64,000 bases of DNA from an uncultured delta proteobacterium. GTDB lineage: Bacteria > Myxococcota_A > Polyangia > Polyangiales > Houyiibacteriaceae. The translations under genes and the position numbers were made by a program. The notes below the pieces were generated by a model, which saw nothing but the letters and a program-made list of their open reading frames with translations, did not search any database and was not told the origin of the DNA. Positions 33,513-42,379 of this stretch are shown piece by piece (the first letter of the stretch is position 1; each line of letters starts with the position of its first letter). The DNA lies in the NCBI GenBank assembly GCA_963817725.1, contig CAWFPD010000004.1:330425-394424 (forward strand), read 5' to 3'.

Positions 33513-35066
33513 TCACCCGAGCTTGGTCTTGAACTTCGATGAATCGATCTCGAGCGTGGCCATTCGACTCAGCAAGCCCGACCGCGACACCGCCAACTCC
33601 CGGGCGGCTCTCAAGACGACGCCACCACACGCCGCGAGTGTCTCTTCGATGACTTCCTTTTCGAGGGACTCCAAATTCTGCTTTCGATCCGTCAGCAGCT
33701 TCCACTTGTCGCGAAGCTCCTCAGGAAAAGGCTCGCCGCGGGGACGGGAAGTCGACTCGCCGCCTGACGATCCACGCTCGAGGTCGAGGTGCATTCCCTC
33801 GATAACCATCTCTCGAGAGCCACGGACGCGGGCGCGATTGCGGGCTCGCTCGATGACGGCCTCGAGCTCCCGGATGTTTCCCCTCCACTCGAGACGGGGC
33901 GAGGTGAGCTGTTCAATGGCGCCACTATCGAGATCCCATCCCGCTCGAGCGTCGGTGCGGTTGAGATACGAAAGCGCAATCGCCGGGATCTCATCCCGTC
34001 TTTCCCGAAGGGGCGGAAGCGCGATGGGCACGGTAGCCAGCCGGTAGTAGAGATCCTCGCGGAAACGCTCCTCCTCGACGGCCTTCGCGATGTCGCCATT
34101 TGTCACCGAAATCAGCCGGACGTCGGCGCGTTTGGGCTCTCGCCCTTCATACCCGAGCGGGCGATATGAGCCGAACTGGGTAAAATCTAGCAGCAACTGT
34201 TGCGCGTGAGGCGGTAGTGCCAAGACCTCGTCGAGGATGAGCGTTCCGCCCTTCGCATACTCGACGAGGCCCTTTCTCTTGGACACCGCTCCCGAAAACG
34301 CACCGCGCTCATGGCCGAAGAGCTCGGAGGTGATCGTGTTCAGGTCGTCGGCGCGCCCGAGCGTGACGCGCACGATCGGCTCCCTGCCACTCGTCCGCGC
34401 AATCGCGCTCGCCAGCTGGGTTTTTCCGGTCCCCGATTCACCGAGGAGCATGATGGAAGCGGCGCTCATCAATGCAGCGTCCACCTCGTCACGAATTGTC
34501 GACCAGCTCTCGTAGGCCAAAAGCTCATCGAGGCGAAGACATGGGTCATTGCGCTCCTTCGACCGTTCGACGAGGAGGGCTTCGTCTTTGGCCTCGATCA
34601 GACACTGCTGGACGATGGCGCCGCCAAGGAGCGAGCCCACGCATTCCACGAATTCCACGACCGAGCCCCGCGTTCCGTCGTCGTTTGGAAACTCGAGATA
34701 GAGCGCGCCGATCAGGTTCCGCTGCGAGCCGGACGGATGCGACCAAAGGGGCACCGCGACGAAGGAGCCTTCAGGCGTGTATGGAACACGACCCGCAACC
34801 GTCCGACGCTCACGCTGCACCTGTCCCAAGACCTCGGTCACATGCTCCGCGAGGACCGCCGGGGAGACGGCAAGAGTGGCTGTACGCGATCGATGAATGC
34901 GGCCACCGCCCTTCGTCTCGAGCGTGCTCCATGCCGAGCTCGCACCGAGCTGCATGCACAACGACTCGAGCGTCTCTTCGATGAAGCTGCCGCTGCGCAG
35001 ACTGGAAACGACAGCGTCCACCACGCCGCGCATCCGGGGCCATGGATCTACAGTGTCCTTGGTCAT
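33513..35066 (-). CDS. Sigma-54-dependent transcriptional activator (GAF-like N-terminus, AAA+ domain, C-terminal HTH; no receiver domain)
   Basis: Motifs GESGTGKTQLA, ELFGHERGAFSGA (GAFTGA-like), ILDEV and RELEAVIERA. C-terminal Fis-type HTH (ACGGVVLRAARELAVSRSGL). Confidence 0.85.
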   Translation of the reverse strand: MTKDTVDPWPRMRGVVDAVVSSLRSGSFIEETLESLCMQLGASSAWSTLETKGGGRIHRSRTATLAVSPAVLAEHVTEVLGQVQRERRTVAGRVPYTPEGSFVAVPLWSHPSGSQRNLIGALYLEFPNDDGTRGSVVEFVECVGSLLGGAIVQQCLIEAKDEALLVERSKERNDPCLRLDELLAYESWSTIRDEVDAALMSAASIMLLGESGTGKTQLASAIARTSGREPIVRVTLGRADDLNTITSELFGHERGAFSGAVSKRKGLVEYAKGGTLILDEVLALPPHAQQLLLDFTQFGSYRPLGYEGREPKRADVRLISVTNGDIAKAVEEERFREDLYYRLATVPIALPPLRERRDEIPAIALSYLNRTDARAGWDLDSGAIEQLTSPRLEWRGNIRELEAVIERARNRARVRGSREMVIEGMHLDLERGSSGGESTSRPRGEPFPEELRDKWKLLTDRKQNLESLEKEVIEETLAACGGVVLRAARELAVSRSGLLSRMATLEIDSSKFKTKLG

Positions 35067-35153
35067 CAGGCGCCTACCAGGCTACCCGCTCGCGTGATTT
35101 CCTTCTAGCGGAGACTGTTGCCCGAAATCGCAATAACCTCGATAGTGTGCGCA

Positions 35154-36872
35154 ATGCGACGTCTGGCGCTTGCCGTGGTCCTCAGTGCCTCGTTTGTTCA
35201 GGGGGCCGCCGCACAAACCGGGGACCGCTGGCTGATCATCCCAGTGGCGACGTCCGCCGACGCGTGGGTCGCGCCGACGACGGCCCGTCTCTACGACGAG
35301 CTGGCTGCGCGTGGGGTCGGCGTCTGGGCGCAGGAGCTCGCCGCGCAACGGTTCGAAGCGGAAGGGTCAGCCCCGGCGCCAGCGCTGACGGAAGCCGAAG
35401 AGGTGCGCTGGAGGGAGCGGTCTAGCGCGGTCCTCGAGAGCTTGGTTCGCGGAAACCCAGGTGAGGCGTATACGCGGTTGCGCGAGACCGAGTTGCTTTC
35501 ACTCCCAACGATCGTCGCCCTCGATCGCGAGCCTCAACACGCGCAAGACACGCTCGATACCTGTCTGCTAGGGGTCCGTGCCCTGCTCGAAACCGGATCG
35601 ACCGAGCAAGCAGAAGCGATGGCCCGAGAGTGCCGGCGGCTCGTGATCGCCGGAGAGCCGAACGCGCAGATGCATCCCCCTCGCGTGACCAAGCTCCTCG
35701 CGGAAGCCGATGCGGAGCGCGTCGAACGAGGTGCGGTGCTCCAAGTCGGTAGTCAACCCTCTCAGTGCGCGGTCCGTATCAACGGTCTGCGGTTGGGGGA
35801 AACGCCGCTAGAAGCCCCCGACTTGCTTCCGGGCCACTATGCCGTGCAAGTCGAATGCGACCCGAGCGGGCGCGGGCGGGCTCACTACATCGAAGTGCAA
35901 GGGTTCACGGCGCTCGAGGTCGACGCGCGGTTCGATAGCGCAGTCGTCACGAGGCCAACACTGGGCTTGCGCTATCCATCGGAGATCGAGGCCGCAGAGC
36001 ATCGGGAAGCCGACGCTTCGAAGATCGCGCGAACCGTGTCGGCTGGTACCGTCGTTCTGGTCTTGGCGCCCGAGACGGCCACCCTCGAGATCGCGCTCCT
36101 GCGCGGGTCCGCATCCGACAAACCCACGTTCGCACGAATCAAAGGTAGCCCGGGCGGCCCGACGCGCGGCGACGTCGCGCTGGCGGCCCGAACCCTGATC
36201 GACGGCAAGTGTATGGACCTCACGACCTTGCCTGCAACGGTGTTGCCATGCGGCGATGAGGTCGCTTCGACCGAGGTGCCCTCCAAGGACGTCCGGCCCG
36301 CCACACGAATGCCGCGAGGCAAGCTCATCTCGGGAATGACGCTGTTCGGAGCCGGTGCGGCCAGCCTTCTGACAGGCTACGTGCTTCTCGGCCCTCGCGC
36401 ACGAGCTTCCGAGGACTGGGTGGGCGCTCTCGATGCCGGGCAAGAGAGCGCCGCGCTCCAGCAAAAGTGGTTCAACACGGGCAACGGACTCATCGTCACG
36501 GCGTCGGTCGGTGGTGGCGCGCTGGTGACCGCCATGCCCTTGGCGCTACCGAAACGCGCAAAGACGCCCTGGTGGGCGTGGCTCTCGGGAAGCCTCGGGG
36601 TCGGTTTGGCCGTGTTCTCGGTCACCTACGGTGTCACCGCCGACACGGAGCCGGACACCTCGTGCTCGGACTTCATCACGGACTCCAACGATGCCCGAAC
36701 GTGCGTCAATCGCTCCGAGCAAATCAGCGGCGCCATCTTGGCCGGCGCAACCGCTGCACCGCTATTGGCCATGCCCCTGGTCTATCTGCTGAGACCCAGC
36801 AAGTCGAAGCTCGCGCCGGAGGTCGAGATATCCCGCGCAGGCGGATACGTCGGGGTGTGCGGCGAGTTCTAG
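35154..36872 (+). CDS. Secreted/membrane protein with a PEGA-like domain and C-terminal TM segments
   Basis: Signal peptide MRRLALAVVLSASFVQGAAA. The PEGA-like stretch is QCAVRINGLRLGETPLEAPDLLPGHYAVQVEC. There are several C-terminal hydrophobic helices. Confidence 0.6.
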   Translation: MRRLALAVVLSASFVQGAAAQTGDRWLIIPVATSADAWVAPTTARLYDELAARGVGVWAQELAAQRFEAEGSAPAPALTEAEEVRWRERSSAVLESLVRGNPGEAYTRLRETELLSLPTIVALDREPQHAQDTLDTCLLGVRALLETGSTEQAEAMARECRRLVIAGEPNAQMHPPRVTKLLAEADAERVERGAVLQVGSQPSQCAVRINGLRLGETPLEAPDLLPGHYAVQVECDPSGRGRAHYIEVQGFTALEVDARFDSAVVTRPTLGLRYPSEIEAAEHREADASKIARTVSAGTVVLVLAPETATLEIALLRGSASDKPTFARIKGSPGGPTRGDVALAARTLIDGKCMDLTTLPATVLPCGDEVASTEVPSKDVRPATRMPRGKLISGMTLFGAGAASLLTGYVLLGPRARASEDWVGALDAGQESAALQQKWFNTGNGLIVTASVGGGALVTAMPLALPKRAKTPWWAWLSGSLGVGLAVFSVTYGVTADTEPDTSCSDFITDSNDARTCVNRSEQISGAILAGATAAPLLAMPLVYLLRPSKSKLAPEVEISRAGGYVGVCGEF

Positions 36873-36892
36873 CCGCGGTCCGCTTGCTACCA

Positions 36893-37939
36893 TCACGGCA
36901 CGTAAATCGGAAACCGGATGAGTGCGATGTCTGGCGTTGGGCTGGGCAGCGAGTCTCGGCAATTGGTGCCGTATGGGCCTCTGCAGTCGATACCCATGAT
37001 GCACTCCAATGCAATCTCCAAATCTCCGACGCGGGCGCGGAGCCCGATGGGTCCAACCGGGTCGTCGAACGCGGGCGGTGGGATGATCCACGTGCCATGG
37101 TTGGGGCCACCGCTTTGATCGATCTCTGCGCTGGTGCTCGCATCATCCCAACCGAAGAGGACCTCTCCTTCCGTGGCCGCGATGTATACCTCCCTGCTCC
37201 CCTCCAACAGCAGGTCCAGCGGGCCGGTCGCGCAGAATCCGTTTGGCTCGCATTGAGAGTCGAGCTTGCCCAACAGGTCACAATTCCCGCCAGGGAGGCA
37301 ATCGGTGCTCGTGGGAATGTTGACGAACTGCGCGCAACGGTTCTCGGGCCGGGGCTCCCCTCCGAGACCGGTGCAGTCTTCGTTGGAACCATCGAGATTG
37401 TCCCTGCTTGGATCACAGGCCGGGAACGGACCCGCGGCCAAGCCACTCATTCCGCGGTCGTCGTACGCACAAGTAGCCTCAATCGGTACGTGGTGGAGAA
37501 CGGCGTCGGGCGTGTCCACAATGCCCTTCCGAGCGTGGACAGTCGCCTTTAGCTCGACGAGCCCGATCCGATGCACTCCACCAGACACGGCTTGCTGTGC
37601 ACCGTCCAGGAACGACTCCCCGAATGTGGCGACACCCCGAAATTCCGCGCCGAAAGGCTCACCGCTGACAATGGGCCCGGGATTGACCGTCAGGTCCCAG
37701 ACCAAGTTGGTCGCGATGTCATACGTGAGGTTGTTGGCGCACCCCAGGCGGAGTCCCTTCGTTTGCTCTTCCGGATCGGGAAAGCGGATCGATCCTCCCG
37801 TTCCACCCGTCGCCGATCCGACGCAAGCGCCATCGACTAGGGACTGGCCCTGTACACAGCTAGCGGAACCCAGATCCGAGCAGCCCACCAGCAGCGCCGG
37901 CGTGACAGGCAACACTAGGACGAAGAGAGCACGGGGCAT
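36893..37939 (-). CDS. Cys-rich secreted lipoprotein, unknown function
   Basis: Start at MPRALFVLVLPVTPALLVGCS (lipobox). No recognisable domain. Confidence 0.55.
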   Translation of the reverse strand: MPRALFVLVLPVTPALLVGCSDLGSASCVQGQSLVDGACVGSATGGTGGSIRFPDPEEQTKGLRLGCANNLTYDIATNLVWDLTVNPGPIVSGEPFGAEFRGVATFGESFLDGAQQAVSGGVHRIGLVELKATVHARKGIVDTPDAVLHHVPIEATCAYDDRGMSGLAAGPFPACDPSRDNLDGSNEDCTGLGGEPRPENRCAQFVNIPTSTDCLPGGNCDLLGKLDSQCEPNGFCATGPLDLLLEGSREVYIAATEGEVLFGWDDASTSAEIDQSGGPNHGTWIIPPPAFDDPVGPIGLRARVGDLEIALECIMGIDCRGPYGTNCRDSLPSPTPDIALIRFPIYVP

Positions 37940-38107
37940 GGTGCGACCTCCGCAAATCGAGAGATTCACGCAGCCGTCAAGCGATATTCGAACCTCTGCC
38001 AAGACGGAAAGACTGTCAAGCGAAAGGTTTGCGTGGTGTCCCACCGTGGGTTGACAATGCTGCGGATCGGCGCGTTGATCGTCGTTGGTTGGGCACGAGC
38101 AGCGGCC

Positions 38108-39502
38108 ATGACTCGCCGTCGACATTCACACTCCGAGCCAGTGACTTCGTTGGCGGCCGTGTGCCTGTGCGTGCTCGCTCTCGCCAAGTGTGTTGCCTTC
38201 GACGAGAGCGACAGCGCAGCGACCAAAGCGTGGGGCGCGCCCGAGCGACTGCACGATCGGGGCGGTTTCCCCGAGATCGCCATGGACTCGAAGGGAAATG
38301 CAATCGTGCTCTTCGGGCACTGGCTGACCTTCGGCGAGACCAGCACGACGCGGGCGGCCCGGTTCACGCCAGGCAGCGGCTGGAGCGAGGCCGAGCAGAT
38401 CGACCTCGGCGTCATCAACGGCGGCAGGGCGGGACCCCGCCAGATTGTGTTGACACCAGACGGCAACGCAATCGCTGTGTGGCACCAAACGGTCGACGAA
38501 CGCGAAAGCATCTTCGCAAACCACTATGCCGTCGGGAGTGGATGGGGAACCGCCGAGCCGATTGGACGTGATGGCGGGGGCAGCGCGAGGGACCCGGACG
38601 TCGCGGTCGACGCCGAGGGTAGCGCGCTTGCCGTGTGGCATCAGTCTGACGGCACACGCGAAGACGTTTGGTTCAATCGCTTCACGCCCACCGACGGATG
38701 GGGCCGCGCAGCGCTCGTCGAGCACGATGACGTCGGTGATGCCCTGGGGCCCCGGATCGCCATGGCGCCCGATGGCACCGCGACTGCGGTGTGGCACCAG
38801 TTCGATGGATCCCACGAGAACGTCTGGTCCAATCGTTTCACTCCCGGGATCGGATGGGGCATTCCCCGAACCATCGAAGACATGAGCGCTGGCGACGCGC
38901 TAGAACCTAAGGTGGCCATGGATGCAGACGGCAACGCGATTGCGGTGTGGCACCAGTTCGACGGGACACGCTTCAACGTGTGGTCAAATCGCTATGACTC
39001 GGACGGCGGCTGGACGGAGGCTCACCGCCTCGAAGAGTCAAACGCCGGCGATGCGATCGACCCTCACGTCGCGATGAATCCCAAAGGAACTGCCGCGGCC
39101 GTGTGGCAGCAGTTCGACGGAAGGAGCTTCGGCATCTGGTGCAGTCGCTACACGCCAAGCGCCGGGTGGCGGACGGCTGAACCGGTGGAAACGCACGAGC
39201 TGGGCGACTCACTAGAACCACGCGTCGCAATCGACCCCGCGGGGAACGCGATGGCAGTCTGGTACCGGAATGATGGAGCTCACGACAACATTTGGGCCAA
39301 CCACTACCGGGCGAATCGCGGCTGGGGCGAGGCGCAGCGTATCGACCACTACGATGGCGGTATCGTGCACCAACCTCGGGTCGCGATGGATCCGGATGGC
39401 AACGCGATCGCCGTCTGGTTGGTGTGGACAGACGTCGGTGATGGGGTCTTCGGGCTGTGGTCCAGGCGTTTCGCGGACGAAAAACCGGCCCTGGGAAACT
39501 GA
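38108..39502 (+). CDS. Secreted repeat protein: about 8 tandem 52-aa units (beta-propeller-like), unknown family
   Basis: Signal/lipobox-like N-terminus (LAAVCLCVLALAKC). The repeating consensus is P-x-VAMD-xx-GNAIAVW-x-Q-x-DG-xxx-NVWSNRF-x-P-xx-GWG-x-A. Confidence 0.65.
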   Translation: MTRRRHSHSEPVTSLAAVCLCVLALAKCVAFDESDSAATKAWGAPERLHDRGGFPEIAMDSKGNAIVLFGHWLTFGETSTTRAARFTPGSGWSEAEQIDLGVINGGRAGPRQIVLTPDGNAIAVWHQTVDERESIFANHYAVGSGWGTAEPIGRDGGGSARDPDVAVDAEGSALAVWHQSDGTREDVWFNRFTPTDGWGRAALVEHDDVGDALGPRIAMAPDGTATAVWHQFDGSHENVWSNRFTPGIGWGIPRTIEDMSAGDALEPKVAMDADGNAIAVWHQFDGTRFNVWSNRYDSDGGWTEAHRLEESNAGDAIDPHVAMNPKGTAAAVWQQFDGRSFGIWCSRYTPSAGWRTAEPVETHELGDSLEPRVAIDPAGNAMAVWYRNDGAHDNIWANHYRANRGWGEAQRIDHYDGGIVHQPRVAMDPDGNAIAVWLVWTDVGDGVFGLWSRRFADEKPALGN

Positions 39503-39587
39503 CGCTCGCCACCGCTGATTGTTGTTGCTCGACGACAATCCACCCGCCCAACGGCGATCCGCGAACGAAATCATTGTGGGTTTTCGT

Positions 39588-39603
39588 TGGCACGACGCGT
39601 GCT
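39588..39603 (+). promoter_or_regulatory. Sigma-54 (-24/-12) promoter candidate
   Basis: TGGCACG-ACGC-GTGCT against the consensus TGGCACG-N4-TTGCW, with correct GG/GC spacing. It lies about 60 nt upstream of the ATG at 39664. Confidence 0.55.
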
Positions 39604-39663
39604 CGGTAGCCCGCTCAGGAGCACGCGCTCAATTGCGGAGCGCATGGCTCCGAGGAGGTTGCC

Positions 39664-41082
39664 ATGAGGTATGGTTTTTCATCTTTGATCTGCGCTCTCG
39701 GGATTGTGGTGTTTCCGGTCGTGGGATGCAGTGATGTAGCAGGCGACGGCACGGGCGGTACAGGCGGCACAGCCGGTACAGGCGGTACAGGCGGCACAAC
39801 TGGAGGCCAAACCGTCGAGATCACGCTGACAATAGTCGAGGGCGTCACCGGAGGGACTGCGCGACCGCGGGTCGAGGGCGTGCGCGTTTGCGAAACGGAT
39901 ACGGACAACTGCGCTGACACCGACGCCAACGGCGAGGTCACGATCGAGATCCCCGTTCCTGACGACGGCCGAATCAGTTACACGTATCGGAAAGACGAGT
40001 ACGTCGGAGTGCTCCGCACCGACGTCGTCGACGGCTTGTTTTTCCCAGTGAAGACGCATTACATCATCAACGACGCGGATGCACAGGTTTGGGCCGACCT
40101 CATCGGGACGCCGTACCCCATGAAAGAAACCGGACTGGCGACGGTAAACGTCTCGACCGGGGGTAATGCCCTCGAGGGGGCGACGTTCGAGCTCGTCGGA
40201 GCGACCGGTAAGCCGTACTACCTCGACCCGTCGGGTTTGCCGGACCCGGCGCTCACCAGTACGACCACAGGTCGTGAGGGCGGCTTCGCCGAGGTCGAGC
40301 CAGGAATGGTCGAGATCAAAATCGCAGGCTCGGCCAAAGACTGCATTCCGCTCTCGGGCTGGCCGGGGAGCGCGCCGAGCACCGTATCGATGCCTGTGAG
40401 AGTTGGCTTCGTGTCTTGGACGGACGTGGCCTGCGGTACCGCAACCGTGCCGCTTTCGGTGACGGTTACGGAGATCGACAACTTCGTACCGGCCGGGGGA
40501 ACGCCCCTGGAAGGAGCCGAGCTATGCGAAACCGACACCACCAACTGCGATACGACCGATGCAGATGGCCTCGCTAGCATCATGCTGCCGGCCAACCAGG
40601 AAGTCAGTTACACGGTCACGAAAGAGGGATACGGGTCTTACTTGGTCGCGGATGTGACCGACGAGACCTTCTCGTATGCCACCTTCTGGCCAATGTTGAG
40701 CGACGCGCTGTGGGAAGACGCGTTCGAGCCGCTTGGGGCAACGCCCGTGGAAGGTGGGCACATCCTATTGAGGGTAAGAGCCGGAGGTGCCGACCCACTC
40801 GACAACATTGCAGGCGTGACGTACGAGCTCATCGGCGAGACGAACCAGGCGTTCTACGAAGCAGTCGACTGGACGGCCTCGTATGAACTAGACGCCACCA
40901 CGTCGAACGGAACGGGCGGCTTCGTCGAGCTCCCCGCAGGCACGTACCAAGCAGAGTTCGGGGGAGTTGCGACGAACTGCGCACCTCAGATCGGCTGGCC
41001 AGGCAATGCACCACACCGCCTTCGAGTGCCCGTCAAAGAGGGGTACGTCACATATAGCAGCATGTGGTGTGACGAGCCGTGA
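39664..41082 (+). CDS. Lipoprotein with a Gly/Thr linker and two internally duplicated CarboxypepD_reg-like modules
   Basis: GGAGG RBS. Lipobox VVGCS, then the linker GDGTGGTGGTAGTGGTGGTTGG. The duplicated modules are GVRVCETDTDNCADTDANGEVTIEIP...SYTYRKDEY and GAELCETDTTNCDTTDADGLASIMLP...SYTVTKEGY. Confidence 0.6.
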   Translation: MRYGFSSLICALGIVVFPVVGCSDVAGDGTGGTGGTAGTGGTGGTTGGQTVEITLTIVEGVTGGTARPRVEGVRVCETDTDNCADTDANGEVTIEIPVPDDGRISYTYRKDEYVGVLRTDVVDGLFFPVKTHYIINDADAQVWADLIGTPYPMKETGLATVNVSTGGNALEGATFELVGATGKPYYLDPSGLPDPALTSTTTGREGGFAEVEPGMVEIKIAGSAKDCIPLSGWPGSAPSTVSMPVRVGFVSWTDVACGTATVPLSVTVTEIDNFVPAGGTPLEGAELCETDTTNCDTTDADGLASIMLPANQEVSYTVTKEGYGSYLVADVTDETFSYATFWPMLSDALWEDAFEPLGATPVEGGHILLRVRAGGADPLDNIAGVTYELIGETNQAFYEAVDWTASYELDATTSNGTGGFVELPAGTYQAEFGGVATNCAPQIGWPGNAPHRLRVPVKEGYVTYSSMWCDEP

Positions 41083-41085
41083 CAC

Positions 41086-42273
41086 ATGCGATTTGGTAAT
41101 CCAGCCCTGATAGTCCTCTTCGTCTTGTTCATAGGTTGTGGCGAAACCGGCGGCACGGACGGGAGCGACACAGGCGGAGTAGCCGGCACCGGCGGGACAA
41201 GTGGCACCGCCGGTGCCGGTGCGATCGGTGGTGCGGGCGGCCAGATGATTTCGATCTCCGATTCGATTGCGAATCCCCGAATTTTGACTCGGCGGGTGGT
41301 CAGGGATGCGGCGAGTCGTGATGCGGTCTGCAACGATGGGACCGAGGCGGTGTACTATTTCGAAGCCGAATCCGAGAGTGCTCAGGGCAAGTGGATCATC
41401 CTTCTTCAAGGCGGTGGCGGTTGCGCGAATCCCGAGCGTTGCATGGAACGGGCGCAGGATGAGCCGCACCTGACGAGCTCGACGGACGCTCCAGAGACTA
41501 TCGAGCTCAACGGCATCCTCGCGGCGGATGCGGAGCTCAATGCAGACTTCTTCGACTGGAATGCGGTTCAAATCAAGTACTGCTCTTCAGACAACTGGCA
41601 CGGAAGCAAGGCCGCCACCGAAGAACCCGGAGGCTTTCATTTTCGGGGCCACGACATCATTGGGGCCGTGCTCGAAGATCTGCAGAGCGAGTCGGATTTC
41701 GGTAGCGACCACTTGGGAAACGCTACCAAGGTCATCTTGGCAGGAGTTTCCGCCGGCGCGAACGGTGTGAAACACAATCTCGATCGGGTTGCGAAGCTGT
41801 TGTCATGGGCAGATGTACGAGGGCTCGTCGACTCGGAGTTTCATGATCGCGTGGTGCTCGGGTACCCGCCGGCCGAAGAGACCGATTTCAGCGAGCGTAT
41901 TGCCTACCAAGGCCTCGTCCCCGATGCATCGTGCGCCGCGGATGAGCTCGACCCCAACATCTGTGGCTCAGGCATGCACGTGGTGCTCCACCATGTGACC
42001 ACGCCCTTCTTCGTGGTCATGGACCAGTCGGATTTCGTGGTTTTCGGAGCCGCCGTCGATCAAACACCGGAGCGCGCGGCAGCCTTCGCCGAATCCGTGC
42101 GGAAGCTGGTGCAGGATCATGGCGCGGGGTTTTCATCTAGGACAGGTCGGCACGGTTGGATGCTCGATTCGATGGCCTATCGCTACGAAATCGACGGAAC
42201 GTCCCCGCTCGACAGCTTCGCCAACTGGTACTTCGATCGCCCGGGGCCGAAGCTCGTGGTGCAGGAGCCGTGA
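41086..42273 (+). CDS. Pectin acetylesterase (PAE/Notum-like) family esterase lipoprotein
   Basis: Lipobox FIGCG plus a Gly/Thr linker. PAE-like motifs as I recall the family: AVCNDGTEAVYYFE, WIILLQGGGGCANPERC, NADFFDWNAVQIKYCSSDNWHG, FHFRGHDIIGAV, ILAGVSAGANG (GxSxG). Confidence 0.65.
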   Translation: MRFGNPALIVLFVLFIGCGETGGTDGSDTGGVAGTGGTSGTAGAGAIGGAGGQMISISDSIANPRILTRRVVRDAASRDAVCNDGTEAVYYFEAESESAQGKWIILLQGGGGCANPERCMERAQDEPHLTSSTDAPETIELNGILAADAELNADFFDWNAVQIKYCSSDNWHGSKAATEEPGGFHFRGHDIIGAVLEDLQSESDFGSDHLGNATKVILAGVSAGANGVKHNLDRVAKLLSWADVRGLVDSEFHDRVVLGYPPAEETDFSERIAYQGLVPDASCAADELDPNICGSGMHVVLHHVTTPFFVVMDQSDFVVFGAAVDQTPERAAAFAESVRKLVQDHGAGFSSRTGRHGWMLDSMAYRYEIDGTSPLDSFANWYFDRPGPKLVVQEP

Positions 42274-42291
42274 CCGCCGCTGCTCGTCCCG

Positions 42292-42370
42292 TCACAGACT
42301 CTGACTCTGACTCTTGCACTGACGCCGACACTGGCGCTGGCGCCGACACTGGCACTGGCGCTGATGCCCC
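42292..42370. repeat. Hexamer-periodic intergenic repeat, copy B
   Basis: Reads CAGACT CTGACT CTGACT CTTGCA CTGACG CCGACA CTGGCG CTGGCG CCGACA CTGGCA CTGGCG CTGATG. It shares an exact 24-mer (42317-42340) with copy A and also lies between convergent genes. Confidence 0.8.
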
Positions 42371-42379
42371 CTCGCCAGC

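Noticed and set aside
39615-39941. ORFs encoding PPVPPVPAVPPVP-type tracts (also 40986-41333)
   Set aside because: They are the antisense reading of the GGT/GGC/ACC-rich Gly/Thr linkers that follow the lipobox Cys of the two plus-strand lipoprotein genes.
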